IMG/VR virus record: IMGVR_UViG_3300027708_000019
DNA length: 64,000 nt
Strand: one strand, 5' to 3'
From: a virus
Shown here: positions 1-9,899 of the stretch, piece by piece
How positions within the stretch are numbered: the stretch's first letter is position 1
How the letters are laid out: each line of letters starts with the position of its first letter
Translations under genes and position numbers: made by a program
Notes under the pieces: generated by a model
What the model was told of the DNA's origin: nothing
The model's database searches: none
What the model saw: the letters and a program-made list of their open reading frames with translations, nothing else

Positions 1-460
1 TGGCTGACTCACGCAATTTATTGACAGTTGTATCTTCATCGGCATTTCGTTCGCCTGTTGATACAACTTTGATGCTATTGAAATTAAATTCTTTACCGTT
101 GTGTTTTTCTAACAACTTTTGACACTCAGCAACTTGATCGATTCCAACAACCAAAACGATACTGTTATATTTCTCGTTCAATTCAGTAGCAGCTTCTAAA
201 AGGTTTCCTGCTGATTTGAATTTGGATTCTGGGAACATGCGATTAAGGTAATATACCTTACGATCGGCTGGTAGGGGATTCTTTTTGTCGTCTTGCAGTG
301 AAGACGTATAGATAATTTTTGTGGCATTCTGTTGTTCAGCTACCTGTTCAACAGTTTTGATGAGAAGTTCGTGGTCTGCCGTTGGTGGCTGGAAGCTACC
401 AAATGTGAATACTGCATTTTTAGAGGGCAACCCTCTTAAGAACTGGCTATATGCTTTCAT
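1..460 (-). CDS. Cytidylyltransferase-like (HxGH/TxGH nucleotidyltransferase fold) protein, degenerate paralog; 3' end runs off the window
   Basis: Not in the ORF track. Manual translation MKAYSQFLRGLPSKNAVFTFGSFQPPTADHELL...QDDKKNPL...VVGIDQ...FNSIKVVSTGERNAD aligns by eye with 7093-7698 (FGRMNPITSGH, QDAKKNPL, VVAGSDR, FKSITVHSSGARDPD). Confidence 0.75.
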   Translation of the reverse strand, partial: MKAYSQFLRGLPSKNAVFTFGSFQPPTADHELLIKTVEQVAEQQNATKIIYTSSLQDDKKNPLPADRKVYYLNRMFPESKFKSAGNLLEAATELNEKYNSIVLVVGIDQVAECQKLLEKHNGKEFNFNSIKVVSTGERNADEDTTVNKLRESA

Positions 461-491
461 TTAATCCATCTATATGTTGATATTATTCATT

Positions 492-498
492 TATTTAG
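492..498 (-). promoter_or_regulatory. T4-type late promoter variant (CTAAATA)
   Basis: CTAAATA about 30 nt upstream of the ATG at 460. Confidence 0.5.
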
Positions 499-531
499 TC
501 ATCTGGAGAGTTACCCCCTAGAGATAACATT

Positions 532-1161
532 CTATTGCATTAATAAAAAGAAATTACCAGGATTTGCTGATACTGCCGCTTCTTTAATTGAAAAAGCAAA
601 ACTTGTAAAAGTGGCTGCTGTAGATGAGGATGTAGCAGTTCTTACGGTTGTTGCGCCAGCACTTGTTTGCAATTCATCTACTAATAATATGCCCCTAATA
701 GATGATGTTCCTGAAGCATTTACCCTTGTGTTTGTAGATGCTGGAGCAGTCCATGTTTGCGCTACAGTAACTTGTGCATAAAAACTAATAATATAATCAT
801 TATTTGTAGTTGTTGTTAATGAATTGGTTGCAATTGTTGAATTTCCAGACGTAGCTTGTTTAAATGTTCCAGTAACACCAAGTCCTGATTGACCACGATA
901 AGCAACCATTACTACCCTAGTATTGGGTGAAGCAGATGTCATAACAACAGAAGATTCACTTGCACTAGCAGTTTTATAATAAACAAAACATATTGGTGCT
1001 GTAGCGTTATTGCTTAATAATGTCCATCCTGATGGAGTTGATACAGTTGTACCTGTAATGGCAATTATTAATAAATCACCAGCCGCATAACCAGTAGGCA
1101 CAGTAACAGTTGGGTTTGTTCCTGAAGCTACTGTACCAGCCGCTACAAATGAAATAGCCAT
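532..1161 (-). CDS. Virion structural / tail fibre-associated protein
   Basis: Thr/Ser/Ala-rich, beta-strand-like; motifs GDLLII, PSGWT, YYKTA; in a tail fibre cluster. Confidence 0.6.
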   Translation of the reverse strand: MAISFVAAGTVASGTNPTVTVPTGYAAGDLLIIAITGTTVSTPSGWTLLSNNATAPICFVYYKTASASESSVVMTSASPNTRVVMVAYRGQSGLGVTGTFKQATSGNSTIATNSLTTTTNNDYIISFYAQVTVAQTWTAPASTNTRVNASGTSSIRGILLVDELQTSAGATTVRTATSSSTAATFTSFAFSIKEAAVSANPGNFFLLMQ

Positions 1162-1162
1162 C

Positions 1163-2353
1163 TTATGCTACCGCCACGCAACGCCAAACGCTAGAAGCAG
1201 CGTTCCATACAAAACCTACATCAAGACGATTTGTAGTAACAGTGGTCGTAGGAAGGGCTACAGTAGAGGCTTCAAATTTTGCACCCCAAAGAATTGTCCT
1301 TGCAGCCGTACCTACAATGTAAATCCATAACTTTTGACCATCTGTAGGTGTACCAGACAAGTTAGTAGTAAATGATGTAATGTTAACCGCTTGCGCCGTT
1401 AAACCATACATATCCACGTTATCAGTGTTTATGGTAGGTGTTGCACTAGAAGTAGTGGTTGATACTCTAGGTGTTACACGTTTGTTAGTAAGTGTTTCAG
1501 TACCATTAATAGTGGCTAATGTTCCACTTGTTGGCAAGGTTATAGCGGTTGTTCCAGAAACAGTTAGTGTTGTTCCAAAAGCACCAGAAATTGTAAGCGT
1601 GCTTGATGCGTTATTTGCAACACCTGTACCGCCTTGTGCAGGAGTAACTGCGGCATTGGTTGTGAGAATTGTTGTTGTTGCATCTGGTAAGGTGTATGTT
1701 TTTTCTGCTGTAGTTGCACCACTAAACTTAGTAAAACCATTACCAGTACCACCATAAGTAGACGCAATAATTTGAGTCAGTGCAGCAGAGCCATCAAAAC
1801 TATTACCGTAGATAGCACGAGCAGTAGTAAGAGTTGCAGCAGAACCATCGATACTAGTAATACCAGTTAATGACTGTGAAGCAGAAGATCTATTGATAGC
1901 AATCGAAGTTGTACCAAGATAGAATGTTTGATTGTTTAACGCAACAGTACCAGTTGTGCTTGGTAGAGTAATTGTAGTTGAATCAGTACCAGCAAGAGTG
2001 ATTGTATTATTAACAGTGAATGTTTTACCATCAGCAACAGCAAGAGTTGAACCAGTTGTTGGAGCAGTAATTGTTACTTTGTTAATAGATGTAGCAGAAG
2101 CAACCCCAAGAGTAGGTGTTGTTAATATTGGGCTAGTAAGAGTTTTGTTAGTTAATGTATCAGTCGTTGCTCGACCAACTAGCGTATCTGTTGCAGCTGG
2201 TAGAGTTAGAGTAGTAGTCCCTGCAACAGCAGTGGCTAGGACAGTAGTTGTCCCTGATGTTGAGCCATTAAAAATTGCAGATGTTCCCAACGATAAAGTT
2301 GTATCTATAGTTGCTGATCCGTATATTCTTGTGCCAGATAGTAGTTTAGCCAT
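1163..2353 (-). CDS. Tail fibre protein
   Basis: T/G/S-rich; TLTNKTL and TLTLP repeats, ARAIYGNSFDGSA fibre motif, C-terminal W..VAVA. Confidence 0.7.
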   Translation of the reverse strand: MAKLLSGTRIYGSATIDTTLSLGTSAIFNGSTSGTTTVLATAVAGTTTLTLPAATDTLVGRATTDTLTNKTLTSPILTTPTLGVASATSINKVTITAPTTGSTLAVADGKTFTVNNTITLAGTDSTTITLPSTTGTVALNNQTFYLGTTSIAINRSSASQSLTGITSIDGSAATLTTARAIYGNSFDGSAALTQIIASTYGGTGNGFTKFSGATTAEKTYTLPDATTTILTTNAAVTPAQGGTGVANNASSTLTISGAFGTTLTVSGTTAITLPTSGTLATINGTETLTNKRVTPRVSTTTSSATPTINTDNVDMYGLTAQAVNITSFTTNLSGTPTDGQKLWIYIVGTAARTILWGAKFEASTVALPTTTVTTNRLDVGFVWNAASSVWRCVAVA

Positions 2354-2360
2354 AGTTTTC

Positions 2361-2367
2361 TATTTAG
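2361..2367 (-). promoter_or_regulatory. Late promoter variant (CTAAATA)
   Basis: Immediately upstream of the 2353 start. Confidence 0.45.
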
Positions 2368-3713
2368 GTAGGTTTAACATATTCATCAAAATATCCAGTA
2401 ACTTGGATTTTTCCAGTTGATGTTTCTTTTTTGACTAAACCTCCACCAGCCCCTTGTAATGTATACTCATCAAACTCACTAGAGTATAAAAAATTTGGTG
2501 TAAGACTAATTGTAGCCTGAGTAACTTCGTCTAACTCTCCAGATATTGATAATACACCTGTTGATGTAATTCTTGATGCTATTACTACACTAGGAGGTGC
2601 TGTAAACGTCCAACCTAAATTGTTTGCCCCATTGGTTGAGTGTGTGCCAGCATACCAGGCAGCACCACCTGTGGCGTTTGAATCTCGTATACTTAAATAA
2701 TCCACACTCACAGTACCTGATGCCATGGATAGATTCCATCTTGTACCATTAGTAACACTCTTCAAAATCCATAGGCTTCCAGAACTTCCCGAAACTGTAA
2801 AATTGGACACGGTTTGAGTGGAACCTGCCTCAAAAGATATCGTTTTAACACCTTGAATATAATTTGTAGTGATGGTATTAAAAGTGTTGTTGCCAGTAAT
2901 CGCTGAGACCTTACCCGTAATTGTTAAATTATAATAGGTGTATCCCATACCACAGAAAAAAGCGCCATATCCTGAGGTCCTACCGCCCATTTGTATAGTT
3001 GATGTTCCGGGATTTATAGTAATGGTGCCATCAGTTATTGGACTGCCAAAATTAATGTTCCAACCAAATGCATTGCCATCATCCCAAAGTTGCCAAGTTC
3101 CCGAACCCATGTTTATGGTGATGGAATTACCTGCGCCAGGATCAAAGATGTTGAAATCCATTGTTTGTATATTAAAATTATTTGCATTAAATGTGCTATT
3201 AGCAGCTACATAGAATGTGAAACTAGCACCTGAATTGCTGTCTGGTTGAATACACAGGTTATCTCCCAGTGTGGTAGTTGTAGCAGTTGTACCATCTCCA
3301 ACTGTTAAACCACTTATTGTTTTTCCTACAGACGTAAGTGTGCCTGTGCCTATCATGTTAACACCAAATCCTGACCCGCCAGATGACCCTCCATAAGGAG
3401 TTAGAAAATATGTTCCACCACTGGACAATGTAACATTGCCATAAACATTGAAACCCAGTCCGTCAAAAAAGGCAGGTATTGAATTCAATGTTCCAGTGAA
3501 ACCTGTGCAGTCTAAAGAAGCACATTCCACTGCACTGCCAGAAATAGTAAAACCAATTATAATTAATCCTGACCCTGAATTTGAATCCAAAAAGACTGCA
3601 TCTGCGGCAGTTGGTATACTGGCACCACCTGACCCACCAGAAGAAGTGCTCCAATGACTTGAGCTACTTCCATCCCATGTACCTGCGCCACCTACCCAAT
3701 ATCTATTAGCCAT
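2364..3713 (-). CDS. Tail fibre / beta-helical virion protein
   Basis: N-terminal RYWVGGAGTW...PTAADAVF motif, Gly/Thr/Asn-rich repeats, C-terminal GYFDE motif. Confidence 0.6.
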   Translation of the reverse strand: MANRYWVGGAGTWDGSSSSHWSTSSGGSGGASIPTAADAVFLDSNSGSGLIIIGFTISGSAVECASLDCTGFTGTLNSIPAFFDGLGFNVYGNVTLSSGGTYFLTPYGGSSGGSGFGVNMIGTGTLTSVGKTISGLTVGDGTTATTTTLGDNLCIQPDSNSGASFTFYVAANSTFNANNFNIQTMDFNIFDPGAGNSITINMGSGTWQLWDDGNAFGWNINFGSPITDGTITINPGTSTIQMGGRTSGYGAFFCGMGYTYYNLTITGKVSAITGNNTFNTITTNYIQGVKTISFEAGSTQTVSNFTVSGSSGSLWILKSVTNGTRWNLSMASGTVSVDYLSIRDSNATGGAAWYAGTHSTNGANNLGWTFTAPPSVVIASRITSTGVLSISGELDEVTQATISLTPNFLYSSEFDEYTLQGAGGGLVKKETSTGKIQVTGYFDEYVKPT

Positions 3714-3721
3714 TTAATTTA

Positions 3722-5980
3722 TTACCCAAAAATTGTATCTAAACTATTTGTAGTAGCATTATATACTTGATATACTGCGCTTACGTTACTTGCGTTTACG
3801 AAACCAACTTTACTTCCTGAACCTACATAAATGTTACCAACAACACCCAATCCACCACCAAGTTTTAATGAACCAGTAGTGCTAGATGTAGAAGCTGTTG
3901 TATCAGAAAGAGTTGGAGCACCTGTAAAAGTGCCAGACAATGCACCGCTATTAATAGTTGGAGATGTTAATGTTAATCCAGCAAATGTAGTTACTGTTGC
4001 GCCTAAAGAAACTGCTGTTGAACCAATAGTAACAGAACTGTTGGTCAACATGGTATTTGTTATAGAACTGGCACCCAACAAACCAGTAATATCTGCTTGA
4101 GCAACTGCCACAGTTCCAGTTACTAATCCCTTAGTGTTGGTAGTAATTTTCTTAAATGTGCCAGTACCAGAGTCAGTGATAGTTGCTAGTGTTAATGCGA
4201 TAGTTCCAGTGTTTAACGCAGTTGCTGGAGCAGTAGCATCACCAGTAACAGCAAGTGTTTGCGTATATACAAGTTGTTTATCATTCGTTACATTACCTAA
4301 ACCAACATCTGTGGATGTTAAAGTAACTACACCAGTTTTACCAGCGACAGAATCAACTGCTCCGCTGGTAATATAAACATAAACAGAACCTGACCATCTA
4401 TATGCTTTACTTGTATCTATGGCAATATAGATCTTTCCTGTTTCGCCAGTCGCAGGGAATGCTGCAAGGTTTGCATATTCAAGAACATCATCAACATATG
4501 ATGGCAAGTACGTAGAAGAAATTTTAGAAGTAGCATCAAGTGGCGCAACACCATTGGCAGCACCAACTAATGATGACGCAACACGAGCAGTAGAGTCAAC
4601 TGCGTTAATCGTAATATTAGCAGATCCATCAAATGAAACACCATTAATGGTACGAGCAGTTTGTAATATAGTTGCTGATCCAGCATTGCCAGTAACAGTT
4701 GTTTGAGCGGTAGAACTAATTACACCGCTGGCAATAGTGATTGTTGTACCATCAACTTTAACACCGCCAAGAACTGTTGTTGATGAGGTTGGTAGTGAGT
4801 AAGCATTAGGTATGTTTGTTAGATCATTATAACTACCAGAGAACAGAGTTGGTTTACCAGTTAGACTAGCGTATGCTCCATCAAACAATGTTGGCTTGTT
4901 GGTTAAGTCATTATAACTTCCACTGAACAATGCTGGTTTGTTTAGTATCTGTGCTAGTCCAGAACTGGCATTCCAATCACTATTAACTTGTGCGGCAGGT
5001 ATTGTTGGCTTGTTAGTTAAATCAGTATAACTTCCACTGAATGGTGCGGCTACACTGATAACACCTGCGTTGATAGTTATATTGCTACCAATCTTTACTC
5101 CACCTAATATTGTGTCAGTTGCTGTTGGTAAAGTATAAGCACTGGGTATTGTTGGCTTGTCAGTTAAGTCAGTATAACTACCTGAGAACAATGTAGGTTT
5201 GCCAGTTAGACTAGCGTATGCTCCATCAAACAATGTTGGTTTACCAGTTAGACTAGCGTATGCTCCATCAAACAATGTTGGTTTACCAGTTAGACTAGCG
5301 TATGCTCCATCAAACAATGTTGGTTTGTTTTTAATAAAACTTTTTAAAGTGTTGTCAGTAACATTCCAATCAGATTGTATCTGAGCAACACCACCTGAAC
5401 CACCACTTACTGCAGAGAATTCAAACTTTTTACTTGTACCATTGTACCCAAGATAATATCCATCTTGAATAGTAGAACGATCGATGTCGTCAAGATATCT
5501 TAGGTTTACTTCACCAGATCCTGGACCTGTGGCAGCAATGCGTCCGATTGCTTGCTCTAAAAATTTAAGTTTCTTTTGAATGCCAGTAATGTTGGGATCT
5601 ACTGGTTGTGGTGCTGGCTGTTGAAAAGAATCTTTATTGACTACTTCTTTTTCAACAATTACTTCTTTTTCAACAATTACTTCTTTTTCAACAATTACTT
5701 TTTTAACAGGTTGTTTCTTTTCAACAAACAACTCCATCATTTCACCAATATCATTATTGGCTTTGAGACTTTCTTTAACAGCTTTTAATGCTTTTCCTGC
5801 AGGTGTTTTTTCTTGTTCTTCTTTGAGTTTACGTTTCTCTTCAGCAGCAGCTTTGAATAGCGTAGAAAGATTTACTGGCTGTTCTGGCTCTGACTTTTGT
5901 TGTAGCAAAAGTTCTTCCTGCTCTTTGAGTTTACGTTTCTCTTCAGCAGCAGCTTTAAATAGATCACCAAGATCAGTCAT
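3722..5980 (-). CDS. Long tail fibre protein with repeat-rich N-terminus
   Basis: SGSYxDLxNKP, QSDWN, LGGVKVG, ARTINGVSFDGSANI and VDSVAGKTGVV fibre motifs. Confidence 0.7.
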   Translation of the reverse strand: MTDLGDLFKAAAEEKRKLKEQEELLLQQKSEPEQPVNLSTLFKAAAEEKRKLKEEQEKTPAGKALKAVKESLKANNDIGEMMELFVEKKQPVKKVIVEKEVIVEKEVIVEKEVVNKDSFQQPAPQPVDPNITGIQKKLKFLEQAIGRIAATGPGSGEVNLRYLDDIDRSTIQDGYYLGYNGTSKKFEFSAVSGGSGGVAQIQSDWNVTDNTLKSFIKNKPTLFDGAYASLTGKPTLFDGAYASLTGKPTLFDGAYASLTGKPTLFSGSYTDLTDKPTIPSAYTLPTATDTILGGVKIGSNITINAGVISVAAPFSGSYTDLTNKPTIPAAQVNSDWNASSGLAQILNKPALFSGSYNDLTNKPTLFDGAYASLTGKPTLFSGSYNDLTNIPNAYSLPTSSTTVLGGVKVDGTTITIASGVISSTAQTTVTGNAGSATILQTARTINGVSFDGSANITINAVDSTARVASSLVGAANGVAPLDATSKISSTYLPSYVDDVLEYANLAAFPATGETGKIYIAIDTSKAYRWSGSVYVYITSGAVDSVAGKTGVVTLTSTDVGLGNVTNDKQLVYTQTLAVTGDATAPATALNTGTIALTLATITDSGTGTFKKITTNTKGLVTGTVAVAQADITGLLGASSITNTMLTNSSVTIGSTAVSLGATVTTFAGLTLTSPTINSGALSGTFTGAPTLSDTTASTSSTTGSLKLGGGLGVVGNIYVGSGSKVGFVNASNVSAVYQVYNATTNSLDTIFG
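5187..5326. repeat. 42-bp tandem repeat (about 3.3 copies) encoding LFDGAYASLTGKPT; another copy near 4851-4893
   Basis: aacaatgttggtttaccagttagactagcgtatgctccatca repeated. Confidence 0.9.
5644..5700. repeat. 18-bp tandem repeat (3 copies) encoding EVIVEK
   Basis: acttctttttcaacaatt x3. Confidence 0.9.
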
Positions 5981-5984
5981 ATCA

Positions 5985-7091
5985 TTATACTGCTGTAAAG
6001 GTAGTCGTCAATGGCACCAAGGTAATTGCAGTTGAGATCTTGTTGGTTGTTCCATATTGGAAAATTGGTCCAGAATATAATACCACATTACCAGCAACCC
6101 CATTGATAGCACGATTAGTTGCCTGCGCAGCTGGTACGTTAAATGTACACACACCAAACTGCATGGTTGCTGAGCCACTCATTGAGACGCCATAGGTATT
6201 GGCACCTGTGCCAGTGTTAGTAATAATACATACACCCATACCCCACTGTACCGTTCCACTTAGAGTAACCACAGCACCTGTGTTGGCTTCTACTCCACAT
6301 CTTAGCATATTGCCTGTAGAATCATTTGCCATATTAAGCACTTGTCCTATGCCATTGGTTTCCAGATTGCTTATGCTACAGAATCCACGCTGAATGTCTA
6401 TTAGATATACGGAACCACTGGCTCTAGCCATGGTACAATCATACATTTCCACTCTGCTGCCAGTGCCAGTATTATCCGCATAAACACAACTCTTGGTAGC
6501 ATTGCTTTGATAGCAGTACACATCGTCTAGGTAAAGTTTTGATGGATTGGCGCCAGTCACTTGAATAGCATGATTTGTACTGTTGGGGTTGACAGCAACA
6601 TTAAACAAACCAAATCTATTGACGTTTATGGCGTTTGCGCTGGAGTCTGCTGGGGTAATAGTAACATACCCATTAATCCAGATTGGTACGTGTCCAGCAT
6701 CAGGAGTAGCAGCACCGATAAAAATATTTCCACGAGTCAGTGCCACGTTTTCTGTAGTTGAACTCAGTAGTTGAATAAACTGTGGGTTACTAACAACAGC
6801 ACCACTGATACTGATTGTTAAAGTGTTAGCAGCAATTCTTGCTTCAATATATGCTAAAGCAGCAGTAATAGTTTTAAATGGTTTGGCTACACTTCCATCT
6901 GATGTGTAAGTATCAGTTCTACTTGGATCAACAAGCCAATAGTTATTTGGTGGAACAACTGCGCCAAGTACATAGTTCTTTAATGCTAATGCTGTTAATT
7001 TTTTATTAACACTGCTTTCTACTACTGGAAAAGTTGTTGCATCAGTGGCTGCTGCCAACGATGTCATTGCTGATATTTTTATTTGTGTCAT
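5985..7091 (-). CDS. Tailspike-like right-handed beta-helix protein
   Basis: Likely start MTQIKISAM; DGSVAKPFKTITAAL motif typical of the N-terminus of pectin-lyase-like beta-helices. Confidence 0.55.
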   Translation of the reverse strand: MTQIKISAMTSLAAATDATTFPVVESSVNKKLTALALKNYVLGAVVPPNNYWLVDPSRTDTYTSDGSVAKPFKTITAALAYIEARIAANTLTISISGAVVSNPQFIQLLSSTTENVALTRGNIFIGAATPDAGHVPIWINGYVTITPADSSANAINVNRFGLFNVAVNPNSTNHAIQVTGANPSKLYLDDVYCYQSNATKSCVYADNTGTGSRVEMYDCTMARASGSVYLIDIQRGFCSISNLETNGIGQVLNMANDSTGNMLRCGVEANTGAVVTLSGTVQWGMGVCIITNTGTGANTYGVSMSGSATMQFGVCTFNVPAAQATNRAINGVAGNVVLYSGPIFQYGTTNKISTAITLVPLTTTFTAV

Positions 7092-7092
7092 T

Positions 7093-7698
7093 TTAGTGTC
7101 CCATTCCTTTGCGGACATCATTATACATCTCCGCTTTGTGTGCGTCGCTCATTTTGCTAGGTGCGCCAGCATGGAATTCTTTCTGATTGCCAGCTGCAGC
7201 ATGAGCACGCATTTTACTTGCGGACATGCCACTAGTACCCTCTGCGTCTGGATCACGAGCACCAGAAGAATGAACAGTTATAGATTTGAAATTATAGTGG
7301 CCATGAGCAGAATCTTTACCATTATATTTGTGAAGAAGATTATGCATTTCTTCTTTACGATCAGAACCAGCAACTACATGTAGATGTTGAGCACCAGCAG
7401 CATGAGCAGCTGCTGCGTGATGAAGAATTGTTGGTTTATCTTTACTTGCAGCAGAAACATTTGTTCCAGGAAAGGCACGACCAGCGTGTTTAACTTTCTG
7501 CTCACCAGTCAATGGATTCTTCTTAGCGTCTTGGCTATGAGAAACAACAACACCATGAGTGGCTTTATGTTGTTTCGCAACATCGTGAACCTTGTTAACA
7601 ACTGCTTCATGACCAGAAGTAATTGGATTCATACGACCAAATGCCAACACGTGGTGTTGTTCACCAGCTTCTTGTAAGTATTGTTTTAATGTTTTCAT
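7093..7698 (-). CDS. Cytidylyltransferase-like nucleotidyltransferase (TxGH), His-rich
   Basis: FGRMNPITSGH, KNPL, VAGSDR, MSASKMR motifs; start MKTLKQYLQE coupled (TAATG) to the upstream stop. Confidence 0.8.
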   Translation of the reverse strand: MKTLKQYLQEAGEQHHVLAFGRMNPITSGHEAVVNKVHDVAKQHKATHGVVVSHSQDAKKNPLTGEQKVKHAGRAFPGTNVSAASKDKPTILHHAAAAHAAGAQHLHVVAGSDRKEEMHNLLHKYNGKDSAHGHYNFKSITVHSSGARDPDAEGTSGMSASKMRAHAAAGNQKEFHAGAPSKMSDAHKAEMYNDVRKGMGH

Positions 7699-8597
7699 TA
7701 GCAGTGCCACTTTCTTAATGCGAGTGCTTTACGAGTTGGCTCGCCGTTTGGTTTTTTCATTGGACCTTCTACGCCAGACATTCTTGCGCAGAAAGATTTT
7801 CTACGATTAGCAGCTTTACTTCCTGGTTTCAATTTACTTGGCTTTGTTGTAACAGCAGTTTGTAAATGACTACCAGGAGTTTGTCTACGATAATGGTCAA
7901 CACCTTTTTGTGTTAAACCACCAGTAGATGATTTATAACCTTTTGCATCGATAGCATATTCTAGTAATTCTTCATCAGGATAGACTTCCAACCATTCCCA
8001 AACAAGTTCTGAATCAACACCATTGGTAGCTGCCATTTCTTCAACAACTTCTTCAATCAAATCGAACTGTGCTTCAACTTCTTCAGTTCTAGTTCTACGA
8101 CCAGCAAAGTTATGTATACCTCTATCTTTTAATTCAGAACGAGATGCTTCATATTCATAACGATTCTTATGAGCACTTGCTGATGTATTACCAAGAGTTT
8201 TAACTTTTTTATCTAAAGTTGAAGTTGCTTGTGTTTTAGCAATTTTGTTTGTTGCTCTATACAAACCAGTATCTCTTTTATCGCTAGTATCATTAGACTT
8301 TAGATTTTTATTAACATAAGATTTTAAAGTTTTTGTATCTAACTCAGCAATCTGCTCAAATTCTTCATTCTTTGGCTTCTTGCCAGCTTTTTTGATTGCG
8401 ATAGCAATTGCTGCTTGCTGGGCAGGATTTGCTGCTTCATTCTGAGAATCTTTTAACGATTTGTCAGTTGGCGCACCTTTACTTCCTGGCTTACGCATCT
8501 TCTCACCAGAACCATGTTTGATTCTTTCTTGTTTGGCATGGATATTATCCCACAATCCACGTTTTGCTTCTTCTAAGTATTCTTTGAACGAGATCAT
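7698..8597 (-). CDS. Basic conserved T4-like phage protein (DUF6321-like C-terminal domain), probable head internal protein
   Basis: KSSTGGLTQKG, RRKSFCARM, ALRKWHC motifs; N-terminus MISFKEYLEE. Confidence 0.55.
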   Translation of the reverse strand: MISFKEYLEEAKRGLWDNIHAKQERIKHGSGEKMRKPGSKGAPTDKSLKDSQNEAANPAQQAAIAIAIKKAGKKPKNEEFEQIAELDTKTLKSYVNKNLKSNDTSDKRDTGLYRATNKIAKTQATSTLDKKVKTLGNTSASAHKNRYEYEASRSELKDRGIHNFAGRRTRTEEVEAQFDLIEEVVEEMAATNGVDSELVWEWLEVYPDEELLEYAIDAKGYKSSTGGLTQKGVDHYRRQTPGSHLQTAVTTKPSKLKPGSKAANRRKSFCARMSGVEGPMKKPNGEPTRKALALRKWHC

Positions 8598-8598
8598 T

Positions 8599-9819
8599 TT
8601 ATTTCCTTGTCTTTAATAAGTTGGCTCTTGCGAATTCTGATCTATTGACCAATTTAGTTGGTTCATTAGCATGGTGAACAACGTAACCTTCTGGATTAGT
8701 TTTCGTACCATTAATAGAATGTTCAACTCCACCACCACCTGAGTGATGCGCATCAAGAGCACCTGTTAATACATGTTTAGCATTAGCAAGATGCCCATGC
8801 ATCTGCAATAAATTACCATAATGTTCTTTGTGTTTTTCAACGTGAGCAACCTGAGCAGCACCTTCACCAGTATGCGCTTCTTTTGCTTTTGGTGTTGAAA
8901 CTTTCGCAGCTTTTTTCTCATAATGAGATTGAACATGCTGTTGAAAACCTTTAACGCTTGGTTTCTCGCCAGTACGAACAGTTGAGTTGATATATGTTCC
9001 TAGATGACCAGCTTCCCCACTGTGTTGTGGATGGACAGCTGTATACATTGAAGATCCATGTTCTTTATGAATTTTCTCAGCTTCACCCATATGTTGATGG
9101 AATTCATCTTGTTTCTTTTTATCGTAAGCAACTTTGCTTGTATCAAGATGAGCCGAAGTCTGGTGAACATCAGGATGTTGATTAAATCCTGCATGACTTG
9201 TTAATGGCTTTGCTTGCATTGAATGCATATCTTTACCATGATACTGAGTATGAGTAACAATACCAAACTTTGATTTCTTAGCAGTTTCTGCTTCTGGACC
9301 AGAATGGGCGTAAGTAATTGTATTTGGCGTATACGATGCTTTACCATCTTTCGTCGTCACATCGCCTTTTGGATTTGCTTTACTTTTACCACCAGAATGC
9401 ATCACATCGCCTTGATAGATGCCTTGTTTTGGTGCAACCTTTGGTAGATGTTTTAAAGCAGCATTCATTTTGTCTGCCAATCCTGGAGCATGACCATGAT
9501 TCGCTTGAACATCTTTTGATGTGTAATTTAATTTTGGTGTTTTGTTGAATGCGGATTTTGTAGCAACAAAGAATTTACCTGACTCTGGATGATGTCCGTA
9601 AACGATAGATGGCGATCCATCATATTTTGTTGTTAGATTTGAATCTGATTTACCAGTAGCCATATGCTGGTGGGCTTGTTGTAGCGCACCTTTGGCATGA
9701 CCATAACCTGCTGCGCCATGGAACAGTGGACGATCCTCAGCGTGGGTAATGTGCTTTAACTTAGCACCTTCTTCGGCTTCTTCTTGAATTACCTGTAAAT
9801 ATTGTTTTAATTTTAACAT
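8599..9819 (-). CDS. ATP-dependent ligase-like nucleotidyltransferase (DUF6267-like), His-rich
   Basis: TKYDGSP (motif I KxDG), FFVATKS, YQGDVM, PEGYVV, KLVNRSEF. Confidence 0.6.
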   Translation of the reverse strand: MLKLKQYLQVIQEEAEEGAKLKHITHAEDRPLFHGAAGYGHAKGALQQAHQHMATGKSDSNLTTKYDGSPSIVYGHHPESGKFFVATKSAFNKTPKLNYTSKDVQANHGHAPGLADKMNAALKHLPKVAPKQGIYQGDVMHSGGKSKANPKGDVTTKDGKASYTPNTITYAHSGPEAETAKKSKFGIVTHTQYHGKDMHSMQAKPLTSHAGFNQHPDVHQTSAHLDTSKVAYDKKKQDEFHQHMGEAEKIHKEHGSSMYTAVHPQHSGEAGHLGTYINSTVRTGEKPSVKGFQQHVQSHYEKKAAKVSTPKAKEAHTGEGAAQVAHVEKHKEHYGNLLQMHGHLANAKHVLTGALDAHHSGGGGVEHSINGTKTNPEGYVVHHANEPTKLVNRSEFARANLLKTRK

Positions 9820-9843
9820 AAACTTCCTCTATTCCATCTATTT

Positions 9844-9899
9844 ATTATACTATAAAACCGAATAAATGTCAAGCATACCCCTACGGACAGTAGGGTTAT
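9844..9899 (-). promoter_or_regulatory. sigma70 promoter (TTGACA-17-TATAAT) with upstream palindrome; an ATAAATA late motif overlaps at 9839-9845
   Basis: -35 at 9867-9872, -10 at 9844-9849, palindrome at 9875-9899. Confidence 0.75.

Noticed and set aside
532-7091. Diversity-generating retroelement acting on tail fibres
   Set aside because: No reverse transcriptase, and no adenine-specific TR/VR pair noticed.
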